From Pristiophorus japonicus (lineage: Eukaryota): a stretch of DNA of 64,000 bases. Position 1 is the stretch's first letter, and every line of letters starts with the position of its first letter. This document shows, in pieces, positions 12,931 through 26,646 of this stretch. Below the pieces are notes generated by a model. The model saw nothing but the letters and a program-made list of their open reading frames with translations, made no database searches and was not told the origin of the DNA. The DNA lies in the NCBI RefSeq assembly GCF_044704955.1, contig NC_091984.1:117676001-117740000 (forward strand), written 5' to 3'. The translations under genes and the position numbers were made by a program.

Positions 12931-14594
12931 CTGGTGGGGTTTAAAGGAGCACTGTTTTCTGAAAAAATATTTTGCAAAGTTTTTTGCTTTTTCAGTTTTG
13001 TTTGCATTGAGTGATGCAAATAACATCACTCTGTAACACAGGTGTGAAGTCATCATTGGTGGGAGGGTTATTCTGGCGTTTCTCTCTGCCTAGGCCAAAA
13101 AAATACAATTTGTCAACAGGTTATCTTTTAAGACAGTGCCCCTTTAAAGGAAAAACAGTCTGATGATCGTTTCTACTCGGAAAAAAACTGGGTTACATCT
13201 ATTTTCCTACAGTGTGATTAAAGTTCTGGACTGTTCCATGGTGCGACGTAGGTTCATCTCATGACAAGTTCCAGCTGTGTCTTCAAACGAAGCACAAGCA
13301 AGGCCTCACTGACTGCAAAAGACAGGATGCAGTGTATCATCTGGCAGTCCAAGTTGTATAGTCCAGTCACCAGGGAGCCCCGCGCAGCCCTGTGCCAATG
13401 AGAGCTTCCCAGGCTCCAGGCTTGATGTACGTGTAAGCAGTCAGCTCTGGAGGGTGCTTGTTTGTGTTGTCAGCTGTCCCAGTCATCAAGAGCCATATGG
13501 TGGATGTTATTTCACATCTGGGTATGGCCTCTTGGGGTTTCGCTGTCACTCACAGGCAGTTTGCGTTGATTCCCAGCAATCTATTCAGACGAATGTTCAC
13601 TGCGAGGGTCATCTACCGCCAATTCCTTCACAGGCACAATCTATAAAGAGTTTTTTTTCATGTGCACAGTGCATCGTTTGTTGGGACAGTTGTTCGAAGG
13701 AACATGCTCGAGTGTAAATGAGCGACAGGGCCCTATTACCTCTGCACCACTCAATTCAAGACCCTACTCAATCATTCCAAACTACTGAAGGTGCAAGCGA
13801 ACGTGAATGGAAGGTCACATTCTAGAGGCTTGCTATTTAGGGAGCTGCTTTACAATTTAGAATTGCTGTATTTTTTTTTCGATTTCAGTTTCAAATCTTC
13901 CTTGCACGCTCGAGCTGATTGCACGTTGTGGCTGGCAGTAAATAGATAAATGCGTTTATCTATAAAGGCATTTATTTTGTGATGGGGAAGCAACAGCATA
14001 CGTGCAAAGAATGAGAAGTGCCATGTTATTATGGGTTGTGACCATTTCCAACCGAAGGCACGAGACAAAGGATCTGTCTGGTTTTAATTGTTGCATTGCA
14101 CAATGGGCTGTCAATGGAAATCCGGCTCCTGCATTCCCAACTGTGTGTTACTGATTGATAGCTACAAACTAATGCAAAGTCTGGCATGTCGGGATAGATC
14201 TTGACTTTGTGCGATAGTGTCAAACTGGCAATAGCGAGTCGCTGGCTTGTTTAACATCACTCAATTATTTGTTTCTATTGACCTGTTTTACACTATTGCA
14301 CAAAGTCCAGATCGACCCCATTGGGTTTTTAAAATCGTCATTTGAGGGTGAAAATTATTGTTGGGGTTGATATCAATGTATCAAATTCCTCTCTCTCTCT
14401 CTGCTATCTTAGCTGAGGTGTTAACTCAATTATTTTAAATAGGTTAACACCTCTGTCAAAATAAAGGAAGGGGGGAATTTGATGCAAGTGCATGAGTGTG
14501 ATAACACTGCCCAGTCATTTGTACTGTGAGCTGCTGCTACATTGTCTATTAGTTTCTGCTAACACACGAGGCTTCTCATTTTCTTTACCCCCAG

Positions 14595-14761
14595 ATGGCC
14601 TGGCAGCATTCACTGAATTTCTGCAATCCGAGTACAGTGACGAAAACATCAAGTTCTGGTTGGCGTGTGAGGAATACAGAAAGCACAAGTCACCCGCAAA
14701 GCTAGCCTCCAAGGCAAAGAAGATTTATGATGAATACATTGCAGTCGAGGCTTCCACAGAA
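14595..14761 (+). CDS. RGS4: RGS4 coding exon 4 ([27 protein letters not shown]...EASTE)
   Basis: 167 nt; CAG acceptor, GTAAGT donor; RGS domain core. Confidence 0.95.
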
Positions 14762-15094
14762 GTAAGTCTGCTATCATGGAGCAACATGTCATTCAGTGGG
14801 GGAGACATTTTTGTTGGGTAACGGTTTCAAGGGATATGGATCAAAGGTAGGACCAATGGGAGTTGAGGTACAGATCAGTTATGTACCTGGGCTGAATGGC
14901 CTACTCCTGTTCCTGATGTTCATATATTCCTAGACATTGGGAACTGGCGCGAAACTGGCGGCGGGTTGACAATATACGCCTGAAGATGGGGGCTCAAGGC
15001 TCCAAATTGCGCCTTGATCCTCATCTCCGTAATATAGGTGCAGCGGGGACCAATTCCATCCCCTCTTCTCCAGTATGTGTATCAGAATGGAGAA

Positions 15095-15500
15095 GAAAAA
15101 ACGTGTTTGTATAGCACTTCTCACATCCTCGGGAAGTCTCAAAGCATTTCATCACCAAGTAATTATTGTTGAAGTATAGTCACTGTTGTAATATAGGAAA
15201 ATGTGGCAGCCAATTTGCACAGAGCAAAGACTCACAGACAGGAAAGTGAGATAAATAACCAGATAACTTGTTTTGTGATACTGGTTGAGGGTAGAAAGTT
15301 GGCCAGGGCACCAGTAGAACTCCCCACCATCTCTTCATCAAATAGTGCCATGGGATCTTTGACATCCATCTGAACAGCCAGATGGGGTCCCAGTTTAACA
15401 TTTCTTCCAAAAGCATCACTTTCAATGATGCAGCACTCCCTCAATGGGGCACTGAAGTGTTAGCCTAGATTATGTGCCCTATGTGGGTCTTGAACATTTT
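15095..15500 (-). mobile_element. Deu-domain-type SINE in RGS4 intron 4
   Basis: Reverse complement aligns with the body of the SINE at 23760-24110 and the tail at 25915-26030. Confidence 0.7.
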
Positions 15501-15983
15501 AACACCAGATGAGGAATGTTCACCTGGTTACAGGGTGAACAACAGACAGAGTCAGACAAACATTCACAAAGAGGGCCGTTTAATCCAACAATCTAGACTG
15601 GTTTCAATGCAGGTCCTAGAGGTGACATGGTACTGCAATAGCCCATTGTGCTACTTGGGACTCCTATTTCCCTCCCAAAGATATCAGCCATTAAACTACA
15701 ATTAAAATATTGCTATAATTATATTTAAAGATGAATAAATAGCCATGTTCATTAAACTTTGATGTAGATTTTATTGACCACTATCTTTATTGTTTAGCAA
15801 TAATATACCGACTGAAATTATTTTTTATTATGATATCTTTGTTGCAAAGATAATTTTTGAATTTTATTAAAATACGATATAAGAACTTGCCAGTAAAAAT
15901 ACACTCTTCTACTTCTTGCTTCTGCGTAACAAAGTAGACTTAGTTCTGTTGTACTGACAGACTTTTCCTATTTGAATTTTTAG

Positions 15984-16220
15984 GTGAACTTGGAATCCCA
16001 GATCCGCGAGAAGACCGGAAAGAATATTCTAGAGCCAACTTCCTCTTGCTTTGATGAGGCACAGAGCAAGATCTTTACCTTGATGCAGAAGGACTCTTAC
16101 CCCAGGTTCCTCAAGTCAAAGACATACTTGGATTTACTGAACCAAACTCAGATCAGAAGGCTGCAAAAGGGCAAAACACAAATGCCTTTGACCTCTGACC
16201 CACAACGCTCACGTGCTTAA
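15984..16220 (+). CDS. RGS4: RGS4 coding exon 5 (VNLESQIRE...[10 protein letters not shown]...stop)
   Basis: TAG acceptor; completes the RGS domain; exons total 618 nt = 205 aa plus stop. Confidence 0.95.
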   Translation: MNLESQIREKTGKNILEPTSSCFDEAQSKIFTLMQKDSYPRFLKSKTYLDLLNQTQIRRLQKGKTQMPLTSDPQRSRA

Positions 16221-16577
16221 TTTACTTGGACAGTCAACAGAAAGTTGTTGATTATGTGACAATGGCATCAAAATACTTGTTAGATAATGTAAAAATATGG
16301 GTCCAAATTCTTGTCAATGTTAGTTATTGCAAATACATTTGACCAAAAGCAGCACTTTAACCCCCTGAGAATGAAAGCATGTTTCTTGTACCATTTCAGC
16401 AAAGATGTGGTAGAATATTTCAATTTTTTCCAGTATTATTTATAAATAGTAGTAAATGTTTTTTTGTTGCAAACTTGTTTACTGTGCCCTTCACAATTAT
16501 ATGCACTGGAATTAGGCCGACAACTGTTCTTATTGATGTGAGGAGATATGAACAAGTTTGTGGTCTGAATAATATGA

Positions 16578-16583
16578 AATAAA
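16578..16583 (+). terminator. Candidate polyadenylation signal of RGS4
   Basis: AATAAA about 360 nt after the stop, followed by a GT/T-rich tract; a second AATAAA lies near 16804. Confidence 0.55.
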
Positions 16584-17896
16584 TTCAACACTCATGGTTG
16601 TTATACGTTTTATTTTCAAGTAGGGTTCAATTTAATACATTTGTTTACAATTTATTTACCATAAACAAGTGTCCACTGTCAAAATACCAATGCTGAGCTG
16701 TCTATCCTCTTTGGTATTCCATGCGGTGTCAATAATCTGTAAATGTGTGTTGTAACTTCAGGAATCTGAGTCATTGCTTTGTACTTACTGTAGTACAGGT
16801 GAGAATAAATAGTAAGTACACGGCAATGTTGCATTCCAAGCAGTAACACCTAAAAGGACAATGGCAGCAGGTGCATGGGAATACAATCCAAGCTCCCTTT
16901 CCAACTTGAACATATATCACAGCTCATCCATAATTGCTTGGTCAAATTCCTGGAGCTCCCTACCTAACAGTATTGTGGGAGGACCTTCACCACATGGACT
17001 GCTGCGGTTCAAGAAGAAGACCCACCACCACCTTCCCAAGAATAAGTTCAAAAAAACTATAGGCATCCACTTGTTCCTTAGATATATTCATGATTAAAAC
17101 ATTGAATCGCACACCTTACAGTATGACAACATATGACCACTATTGGTTGATTCTTTTTCAACTGAAAAGTACTGCTAAAGGTCTGTTGGAAATGCAACAT
17201 GACACAATCTGTACAGAAATCACCCTTGTACTATTTTTCATGCAAACTACTTGAAAACAGTTTTCATTGTTTTGAAATGTATATTGTACCACAGTGCAAG
17301 TTTCCAGAACTTGTCACAAAGGTGTTATTACACAAAGCAGAGTCTGTGATAGGGGATAATGCTCTATGGAAACAACAACCTTGCTTGTTCTGTATGTTTG
17401 TCAAGAATCTACTTGTTTGTACAAAAGTCAATTGTTGAGTTTGACGCTATCTGAGAATAATTTATTGTATTTCAGGATTGACATGAAAGTTTAATTATTT
17501 TTACGTGCATAATATTCACTATTGTTGAATCCTAAGTATATTTGAGTTACTCTAACAGACTGCAGTGTGATGTCCTTGTGGTAACTACCACAATGGCAGA
17601 ATTCTAAGTTCAGCCACTGATGTAGAGTTGTTGTAAGAGTCAACATTGCTCTTGTATATTTATTGCCTAAGTTATAATGCGTGGGAATTTCTTTTTGTTT
17701 TGAATACTTAAATATATTATGTTTCATATTAACCTACTGGTTTAAATGATTATTTTAACTGACAAATCAAATCGCCGGCATGTGGAAAAAATGAATTGTT
17801 TTAATATCTGAATTTAAATTGTGTTCCGACGACCTCTGTTTTCCTGAAATTGGTGATTTTTATTGGGGTACAGTTCCACAGGCACTAGCCAAAGAA

Positions 17897-18045
17897 CGAG
17901 AGAGAGGGAGACACACAAAGAGAGATGACAAAGGGAATGACAACCATATAGATAGGAGAGAGAGAACAAGAGAGATAGATAGAGAAAGAGGAAATGAGAG
18001 AGAGAGGGAGTGAGAGAGAGGGAGAGTGAGGGAGACAGAAAGAAT
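17897..18045. repeat. Degenerate (GA)n low-complexity tract
   Basis: Directly visible. Confidence 0.85.
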
Positions 18046-18454
18046 GTGACAGATTTGAACTTGGCCACCTGGCATAAACGGGGTGGTAATAGCCTCAAGA
18101 TGGCATAAGTACATTTACTGCCCTGTTTATGTTGGCAATATGCCTGGCACCATTTTGGATAGGGCTCTGACCAGGGCATCCCAGGCACTCACCTGTTTCT
18201 GGTGACAGCCTCATTTCATTATAAGAAAGAATGAGACAGAGCAAGAAGTGAGTCACACCTTGGCTAACCAGATATGGTTGTTGAACATTTTCCTGCACTG
18301 TACGTGTTCTCAAATCTCTCTCCAGGCCTGTTGCGGGCACTGTCTTGCGACTCTGCCGCCACTTGTACGCTGTGACCTGTTTGAGCAGCAGGATCACTAC
18401 TGCTGCACCAGAGAGATTTGCAGATGATACCAAGTAGTGTGAGCGGGAGAGGGG

Positions 18455-18890
18455 GGGCGGGTTGTATTGCTGATAATGTGGAGGACTGCACCAAAATACA
18501 GGAAGACATAAACAGGCTTGCAGATTGAGCAGAACAATGACAAATGAAATTCAATGTAACAAAGTGTGAGGTGGTTCTTTTTGGTAAAAAGTATAAGTTG
18601 GCTACTTGGGGTAGCGGAGTAAGGAAATTTGGGAATGCAGATACAGAAGTCATTAGAGGTAGCAAAACCAGTTGATAAGACCATAAAGAGTACAACAAAG
18701 TGCTGGGGCAATTTCCAGAGGAATAGAATGCACAAGCTGGGAGATAATGTTAAACTTGTATGGAACCTTCGTTAGACCACTTTAGGAGTACTGTGTACAG
18801 TTCTTGTCTTCATACTAAGAAAATGATATTGAAGCACTGGAAAAAGTGCAAAAGTGATTTTCAAGGATGTTACCAGAATTGAGAGGCACC
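18455..18890 (+). mobile_element. Old CR1 RT fragment
   Basis: Degenerate QMKFNVTKCEV and LVRPLLEYCVQF motifs. Confidence 0.7.
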
Positions 18891-20404
18891 ATATCCAGCT
18901 AAGCTTAAAGTTCTAATATTGTTTCCATGCTTATCCCTGATTTCCAGCAACTTATTCACGATTGATATCAAGTTGACTGACTTGACAAGCTGGATTTGTA
19001 CATTGAAACCATTCTCAGAATCAGATCTACTATTCTATACAGGGGCTGCATCTCCAATCGTGGCTGTTGATACCAGAAGATTGTGGTGGTACCAGTAAAC
19101 TAGTAAGCACACTCTCAAAGGATTCAGATAATTTTATAGAAATAATAGAAAAGGGATTTTGACTAAGAAAATTGAACCTTGAGGAAGTGTGCAACTCAGA
19201 TGGAACACTCTCAAAGAATACTTAAGGCATTAGGAGCATGTCTGTCTGAAATCCTTTTTCTTGGGAGCAAGGTAACAGCAGAATATAGGTTCACAAAGGA
19301 TATCACATAGATCCCAATCATAGAATCAAAGAAATTTACAGCACGGAAGGAGGCCATTTTGGCCCATTGTGTCCGAACCAGACATTCATGCAACAAGTAT
19401 TCTGACCTCATAAAACATCAGAGATAGGGTTGATGTCATATTTATTTATAGTTGTTACATAAATATGATATCACATCACTTATCAACCCAAAAACCTCAT
19501 TGTAAATTCCCACAAAGCATGGCATATGAATTATAAGGGCAATAAATATGCAGAATACACCAGAGAATATAATGGTTCAACTGAATCATTAGCAAAGAGG
19601 CAGATACCATTCAGCATCATCATTGGTCTCAAATTTGCTAATGGAACTGTCCAGAATGGGAACAGTTTATTGTAAATTACATAATAAGGATAATATACAG
19701 TTAATGAGGCGACAAGTCTTGGGTAATACATTTTCCAATTATATGTATTATGAGATACCTTAGTATTTCTGTGAAATTATCTTTAAGCGACAACATAAAC
19801 AACACAAAAAGTAGCTTTGCAATAGATTTAAAGAAAAAGACCCATTATTCGATTATATCACTGCAATCTTCTATTGTGACCTTTTGAGAATAACTCATTT
19901 AAATGTTCGGGCGCACATTTCCTTTCAGACACAGATTTCCATTCAGATGCTGAAGAGGATTTAGGAATTCCTTAATAGTTTGCTTACAAGGAGTTAGCCC
20001 TAAAAATTCTCTTGTTCTTCTCCATGCCACTTGATTTTGGATTTGAGCGTCCCTTTATCCTGTTTCTCGTAACTGAATTTATCCATTGTAGTTTCTTCTC
20101 TCCCAAATTCCATTCATCAGTTTTGAGTCGTTTTATTTTTCCTTTCTCTTTTTTTATATTTGCTTTTCTTTCTGTTTTTCACCTGCGTGGATCTAATAGG
20201 AAAGAATGTTGTTTGGGTACAACATTCTTAATGATAAATATTTAATTTGCATCTTTTCCGGTTTGAACATGGTCCATTTTTATGCAATTTTCCCATCCCC
20301 AAAATGTATTCTAAGTTTCCCATGGTTGCGATATTACAGCTGTTCGTGTGGGAAGATGGTAGCATAGGTTAGAGAAAGAGCTAAGTAAAGGAACAAAAAC
20401 TCAA

Positions 20405-21155
20405 AGCTGTCTGACAGAGCTTGGAGCATGTGTTTCATGTGTTTCAACTAAATATTGGGAAGACCGAAGACATTGTCTACAGTCCCAGCCACAAACTCCG
20501 TTCCCTTGCCACCGATTCCATCCCTCTCCCTGGCAACTGTCTGAGGCTGAACCAGGCTGTTCGCAACCTTGGTGTTGTACTTGACTCCAAGATGAACTTC
20601 CAACCACATATCTGCGTCATCACTAAGACCCGCCTATTTCCACCTCTGTAACATTGCCTGACTCCGCCCTGCCGCAGCACATCTGCTGCTGAAACCCTCA
20701 TCCATGCCTTTGTTAGACAAAGCCCTGCTGCTCGCTGACCTATATTGGCTCCCGGTTAAGCAACGCCTTGATTTCAAAATTCTCAACCTTGTTTTCAAAT
20801 CCCTCCACGGCCTCGCCCCTCCCTATCTCTGTAATCCTCCAGCCCCACAACCCCCCGAGATGTCTGCGCTCCTCCAATTCTAGCCTCTTGTGCATTCTTG
20901 ATTTCCATCGCTCAACCATTGGTGGCCATGCCTTCAGCTGCTGAGGCCCCAAGCTCTGGAATTCCCTCCCTAAACCTCTCCGCCTCTCCACCTTTCGCTC
21001 CTCCTTTAAGACGCTCCTTAAAACCTACCTCATCTGCCCTAATATCTCCTTATTTGGTTGGGTGCCAAATTTTATTTGATAATGCTCCTGTAAAGCATTG
21101 GGGCGTTTTACTACATTAAAGGTGCTATAAAAATGCAAGTTATTGTTGTTGTTGA
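20405..21155 (+). mobile_element. L2-clade LINE 3' fragment
   Basis: QLNIGKTE and VRNLGVVLDS motifs; tail TATAAAAATGCAAGTTATTGTTGTTG. Confidence 0.75.
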
Positions 21156-21263
21156 ATGGAGTGCTTTTTGATTTGTCAATGTGTATAAAACCAGTGAGGA
21201 CATAATTGACTTTCAGATTATATTTTGGAGCAGAGGTGAGTGAACCATAAGGGTAGGGTAGAG

Positions 21264-21295
<32 letters not shown>

Positions 21296-21419
21296 AATCC
21301 TATTGTGTGGGATCACCAACAAACATGGGAAATAATACTTTGGGAATTGCAGTAGCACTTCTCCCCCCCAAAATGCAATAAAAAAAAAATAACATCCAAA
21401 AATGAGATGCCATTACTGA

Positions 21420-21812
21420 CCTTAGAGCAGAGAAGGTTAAGGAGAGATTTAAGAGAGGTTTTCAAAATTATGATGGGTTTTGTTAGAGTAAACAGGGAGA
21501 AACTGTTTCCACGAGCGGGAGGGTCGTAACCAGGTGACATAGATTAAAGATAATTGGTAAAAGAATCGGACAGGTAATGAGGAGAATTTTTTAATGCAGC
21601 AAGTTGTTTTGATCTGGAATGCACGGCCTGAAAGGGTGGTGGAAGCAGATTCAATAGTAACTTTCAAAAAGGAATTGGATAAATACTTAAAGAAGGAAAA
21701 TTTTCAGGCCTATGGGGAAAGGGCAAGGGTGTGGGATGGCTCTTTCTAAGAGCCAGCACAGGCATGATGGGCTGAATGGCTTCCATCCCTGCTGTGTGAT
21801 TATATGATTCTA
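21420..21812 (+). mobile_element. CR1 LINE 3' end
   Basis: LRGDLREVFKIM motif through the GGCTGAATGGCTTCC tail. Confidence 0.75.
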
Positions 21813-21834
21813 AGAACACAGTGAATTAAAGAAA

Positions 21835-22557
21835 GGGGGAGAAATTGGGTGCATTTACGCCTCCTGTTAACACTCCCGGAGGCATTAACAGGGCGCAAAA
21901 GACTTTGCAACTGGGCTAACGACGCCTGCTAAATTCGGTGGGAGTTTAGCAGCTGCGCCTGGAGATTGTGACGTCATCGCCGTGCGCAATGCCCCGTTAA
22001 TGCCCCGGACTGTAAATTGGGTTTCGCCCCCTGAAGCTGTGCTGGGTGATGAGAGCGCCAGCTTCAGGGGACGTGTACTGGGTGGCCGGCCGCTTCCGGG
22101 GCAAAATTTAAAGCGGGGATTCCAGCTGCTGCTTAATAAAATCTGCCGTTTTGCTTCCTGCTCCGTTCGCGCTTTGGTTGCGGGGTCTGTGCCACGATCG
22201 CTCAGCCCGGCACTCTGCTTGAGTGTCGAGCTCATCCCCCGGCATCCCTACTCCCCGGTGGTCCAGGTAGGTGGGTTCCCATTATGCAGAATATGCAGCT
22301 TGGGCCCTTCCATTTAATTCAGGGAGAGCCCCTCGTACATGGCAGCGCCACACGGCCCTGTGAATAGCGCTGCTGAGCTGTGCGCCCTGCTCCGGCTCCA
22401 GGAAGGAAGTGGAGCACTTAATTTAGTGCTCCATTTCCTTCCGGGGGTGGTAACCCGAATTTAGCGAGTGGGACGACACTTCGGTATCTTGTATGAGATG
22501 TCCCGCCTCACTGGATTTAACCATCCCCGAACCGGGCGATACCCAGTTTCTAGGCCC
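21835..22557. mobile_element. GC-rich non-autonomous Harbinger-like element
   Basis: Imperfect inverted termini GGGGGAGAAATTGGGT / ACCCAGTTTCTAGGCCC; CpG-rich interior with no coding signature. Confidence 0.45.
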
Positions 22558-23759
22558 AAGTTTTTAAAAGGTCTCGAGACAAATGGCCTGGTTCTAAATG
22601 ATGGACGCTATCCATCTGTGCAACATCCCAGCCAGTGAGCACATTTCCCTGACCCACATAAATAGCTACCTCGGGAAGAAAAACAGAAAACGCCGGAAAT
22701 GCACATCAAACCAGTCAGCATCTGTAAAAAGAAAAAAAACAGGGCAATGTTTTGGGTAAAAGACCCCCCTCAGGTCCTGGAAGGTCTCGGGAGTAAATTA
22801 AAAAATGATCTCTGAAAGCATAAACAAAAACAGCAGTCATGGCCAAACCCGACTGCATCGCTACCATCAGTCTCCACCGCAGAATAAGGGTATTTATTGG
22901 GACTTCGAACCGCCATGGCATGCAGCATGTAACCTCATATTGGCAGCAAGGTCTCTGAGTGTCAAAGATACAGACTTCATAATGGGCTGTGCTGTGTTGC
23001 AGCCATGTATTGTTGCATTGGGTCACAAATAGTGGCTCTGTGGTAAATAATCATCAGTCAGGTAATGGAACTCCCTATTGAGTTTCAAGCAACTTAGAGG
23101 GAGAGACCTCAGAAGTACAACTCCATTTTATGGTAGATCAGCGAATTAAATCCATTTGATGTTTTTCATATGCCAACAGAAATATGAAGGGTAAGAAGGC
23201 AATGTGACAAAGCTGAAAGCTGAAAGAGTCCATGATCGGATCAGCCATGATCATATTAAATGGTGCAGCAGGCACGAGGGGCTGTATGGCCTACTCCTGC
23301 TCCTATTTCTTATGTTCTTATGTTCTTAATCCTTCAGGCGGAATGGGTTAATGTACAACCTGCCACATCCAGACTATCTTGAAATGTGGGCCACAGGAGT
23401 AGGAATCCACAGCAGAAGTATGTATACTGCTTATTTGATGGCATACATTTTGACCAATAGAATGTGTTTATAAATGGAGGTGAATTCAATGGTATATGAA
23501 TACATCCTAGCGTTAGATCTCAGGCTTGCATGCAAGAGAGCACTTGATGTCCAAATCTCTGCAGATGATGTGATAAGGATGAGGACAGGCATTCATTTCT
23601 CAGCCAGAGAGGCAGACACTAATTGAGGCCGTTTCTAAATCCTGTGTAGGAACCACTAGAGTCCCATTGAAATGAAGTTGGCTAGCTCCGTGCGCTGTGA
23701 TGCTTGCTGAAGATGCAGTGAGAGTAGAGCACGCTGTCTCACATTCTGATCTAATTTAA

Positions 23760-23770
23760 GGTAGCAGCCT

Positions 23771-23806
<36 letters not shown>

Positions 23807-24110
23807 TGATTGTGGGTTTAAGTGGCACTCCAGAGACGTGAGCACATAATTTAGACTGAGGGAGTGCTGCATTGTTGGAGGTGCCGTCTTTTGTATGAGA
23901 CTTAAACCAAGGCCCCGTCTGCCTTCTCAGATGGACATTACTGATTCCACGGCACTATATGAAGAAGAGCAGGGGAGTCCTCTCCAGTGTCTTGGCTAAT
24001 ATTTATTCCTCAACCGGTATCACAACAGCAGATTATCTGGTCATGATCACATTTCTGTTTGTGGGAGCTTGCTGTGCGCAAATTTGCTGCTGTTTTTCCT
24101 ACGTTACAAC
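23760..24110 (+). mobile_element. tRNA-headed Deu-domain-type SINE (SacSINE1/AmnSINE-like)
   Basis: Pol III A box TGGCTCAGTGG and B-box-like GGGTTTAAGT followed by the conserved central body; family name from recall, not a search. Confidence 0.7.
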
Positions 24111-26646
24111 TCTCTCTTAGGTAAGTGCACTTCTACATCAATATACATAGCATCACATTAACAACATAAAAGGGATCCTATCCTCATGCATCAAATGCAT
24201 TTGCATCTTATTCCTGGAACACAGTAGCGAATGATGACCCTTTATATTCTCCCAGGGCTATCTGCACAGTATGTCATGGGATTGGGTTCAATTGCACATC
24301 ATTAGCCTGTGCCACAGCAGCAGGGCAGATTTGCTTACCTAATTGATGTCCCAGATGTGCTCCCTTCGTTCCATATTTCAGTTGTATGGGTTATTCTGGG
24401 CTGTTGCTCCCTTTCATCTTCATCTACTTGCTTTAAAAAGAAAGATTAGAAGCAATTGATAAATAATGTGTGGGGGAAAAATTGTTGATGTTGCATGCGT
24501 CGCTTTTTTTTGTGTTTTTCCCTTCTCTGCTGACTCATGGTTGGACACAGGTGCTGGTCATTCTTCATGTGTGAGGCTAGACTGTGGCATAAGCAGGCTA
24601 TTTAACTTTGAAGAGCATCGCACCTACACCCAATCTTGTCCTCGCTCAATGTCCGTGTGCCTTGACTTTCCAGCAAATGTCACTATATGATGAAGAGGAG
24701 GAGGATTCTTGGTTGATATTTTGTTCTCTCTCACCACCAGGGACGCTGAAGGCAATTGTAGCATGCAGCTGCTGACCCAGCTGAGATCAGTTAAGTTCCC
24801 AGGGAGTGCTCTCTGTATCTATCTCCAGTTGAACATCCAAAGTGAATGAAACTGTGCATAAGGTGTATTGAGGCAACATCACAATATCTCTGAGGGGCCT
24901 CTAGTTGCATCTATTTTGTTAAATCTACTATTTGAATGATATCATCAATGAGATATTGTTTTATTACATGAGATGAGGCACAAGGGCTTTATTACGTAGA
25001 ATGACATAATATTTATAGCACAGAAACAGGCCATTCGGCCCAACAGGTCTATGCTCTACACGAGCCTCTTCCCACTCTATTTACCATCTCATCATATCGA
25101 CATAGCTTTCTATTCCGTTATCCCTCATGTACTTATCACCTCATGATGCAATTCCACTTGTCTCCATTTCCCACAAAGGATGAGGAAAATTATTCCCTTC
25201 CAGGCATCTGTAATATTTGATAATATAAACCAAACAACAAATCTTTGTTTAAAATTGTGAAGGCTTTCTGATACTAATTCAATTTAAAATGTATGTAGTT
25301 AACCAGTGCAGGATGTTGAAAGCAGATCTCCTCACATAGCCGCACTTACTATATTGCATTGTTATTTTTATCCACAATAAGATGTGTGGAAATTCAATAC
25401 AGAGAGCACATTATGTAGAAGAAGAGCTTTGAAAACCGAGCAGGAGTGACCCGGTACTCAAAGGGTTCATAGTCCCCAGCTTTGTTTTTGCTTTTCCAAA
25501 TGGTCATGCTCTGTATGTCCAGTTTGATTGTAATAAATTGTGGGATTATCTTGTTGCAGCAGTTCTCACCAATGTATAATCCCACAGGGGTTATCCCAGA
25601 GTTCATCCAGCCAAGGGTAGGATGTAAGTAATAATAAATTATCTACATTAAACCTGAAGAAACCAGAAGAAAGAAGTCTGTCAACATGTGCAGACCAGTG
25701 GACGCACTGCTTTCTGTATTTTAAGTAATAGTAAATCTAGGTTATGTGTAATGCTACAGATTCATGAGTTAATACTACAATGGCACTATTTGGCATGCTC
25801 TCATTACCGTATCATTATTCCATGTCCTCTGGGTTTATGAGTAGATTTAGTTTTAAAATACTCCCTTTTTCCATACCTCCTCCCAAAGAAAAATCGAAAC
25901 AAAATCTCATCAAAATTTCCTACATTACAACAGTGACTACACTCCAAAAGTACTTCATTGGTTGTAAAGTGCTTTGAGACGTCCGGTGATCGAGAAAGGT
26001 GCTATACAAATGCAAGTCTTTCTTTATTTTCATCACAGGAGTCCAACAATATGCTTTAGCAATTTCCTTTCATTACATTGGCACGCTTCCTCCTATCAAC
26101 AAACCATCTTGGAGACTTGCAGTGACATTTTCACTATGATTAAATACGTTGATTTTATTTCTTCAATAAGTAACCTAAATGTCAAGTCCATTTTCATTCT
26201 ACATGCATATAAGTCACTTGACTTCTTCATTGTAGCAAGCCACTGAATTTCAAAAAATGGTAATAAATCAATAAAGCTTTGGCCTTTCTTTCTGTTAGTT
26301 TTTCTTGGAAGCAGTGAACTATTATTTTACTGTGTTGAAAATACGATATTCTGTTTTTTTTTGTAATGTAATGTTTTCGTCATGTGAGTCAAAGTTGATG
26401 TATTGAAGACTAGGAACTTGAGAATGAGGCATTGGCTAGAGCTTAGACAAGGTGTCAGGGGCAAATCCTAGACTTGAGGTTTTAAGGAAGATTGATGGAT
26501 CTGAACTTGTTTTTGGTTGGAACAAGGAAGATTGAGAAGATCCAGCTTCTTTGAAATGCAGAGAGGAATGGCCTGTGAGCACAGAACTAGAGGACAAAAA
26601 GGATAAAATCAACAAATCTCAAGCAAGACTTGAGACTGGAGACATT

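Noticed and set aside
14492-14821. 109-aa stand-alone RGS ORF
   Set aside because: It is exon 4 read through into intron sequence on both sides
17814-18188. Hydrophobic 124-aa ORF
   Set aside because: Translation of a (CT)n microsatellite
21835-22557. CpG-island promoter of a second gene
   Set aside because: Bounded by MITE-like inverted termini, and no downstream exons were found
23760-23835. tRNA gene
   Set aside because: Degenerate tRNA-like head continuous with a SINE body; no full cloverleaf
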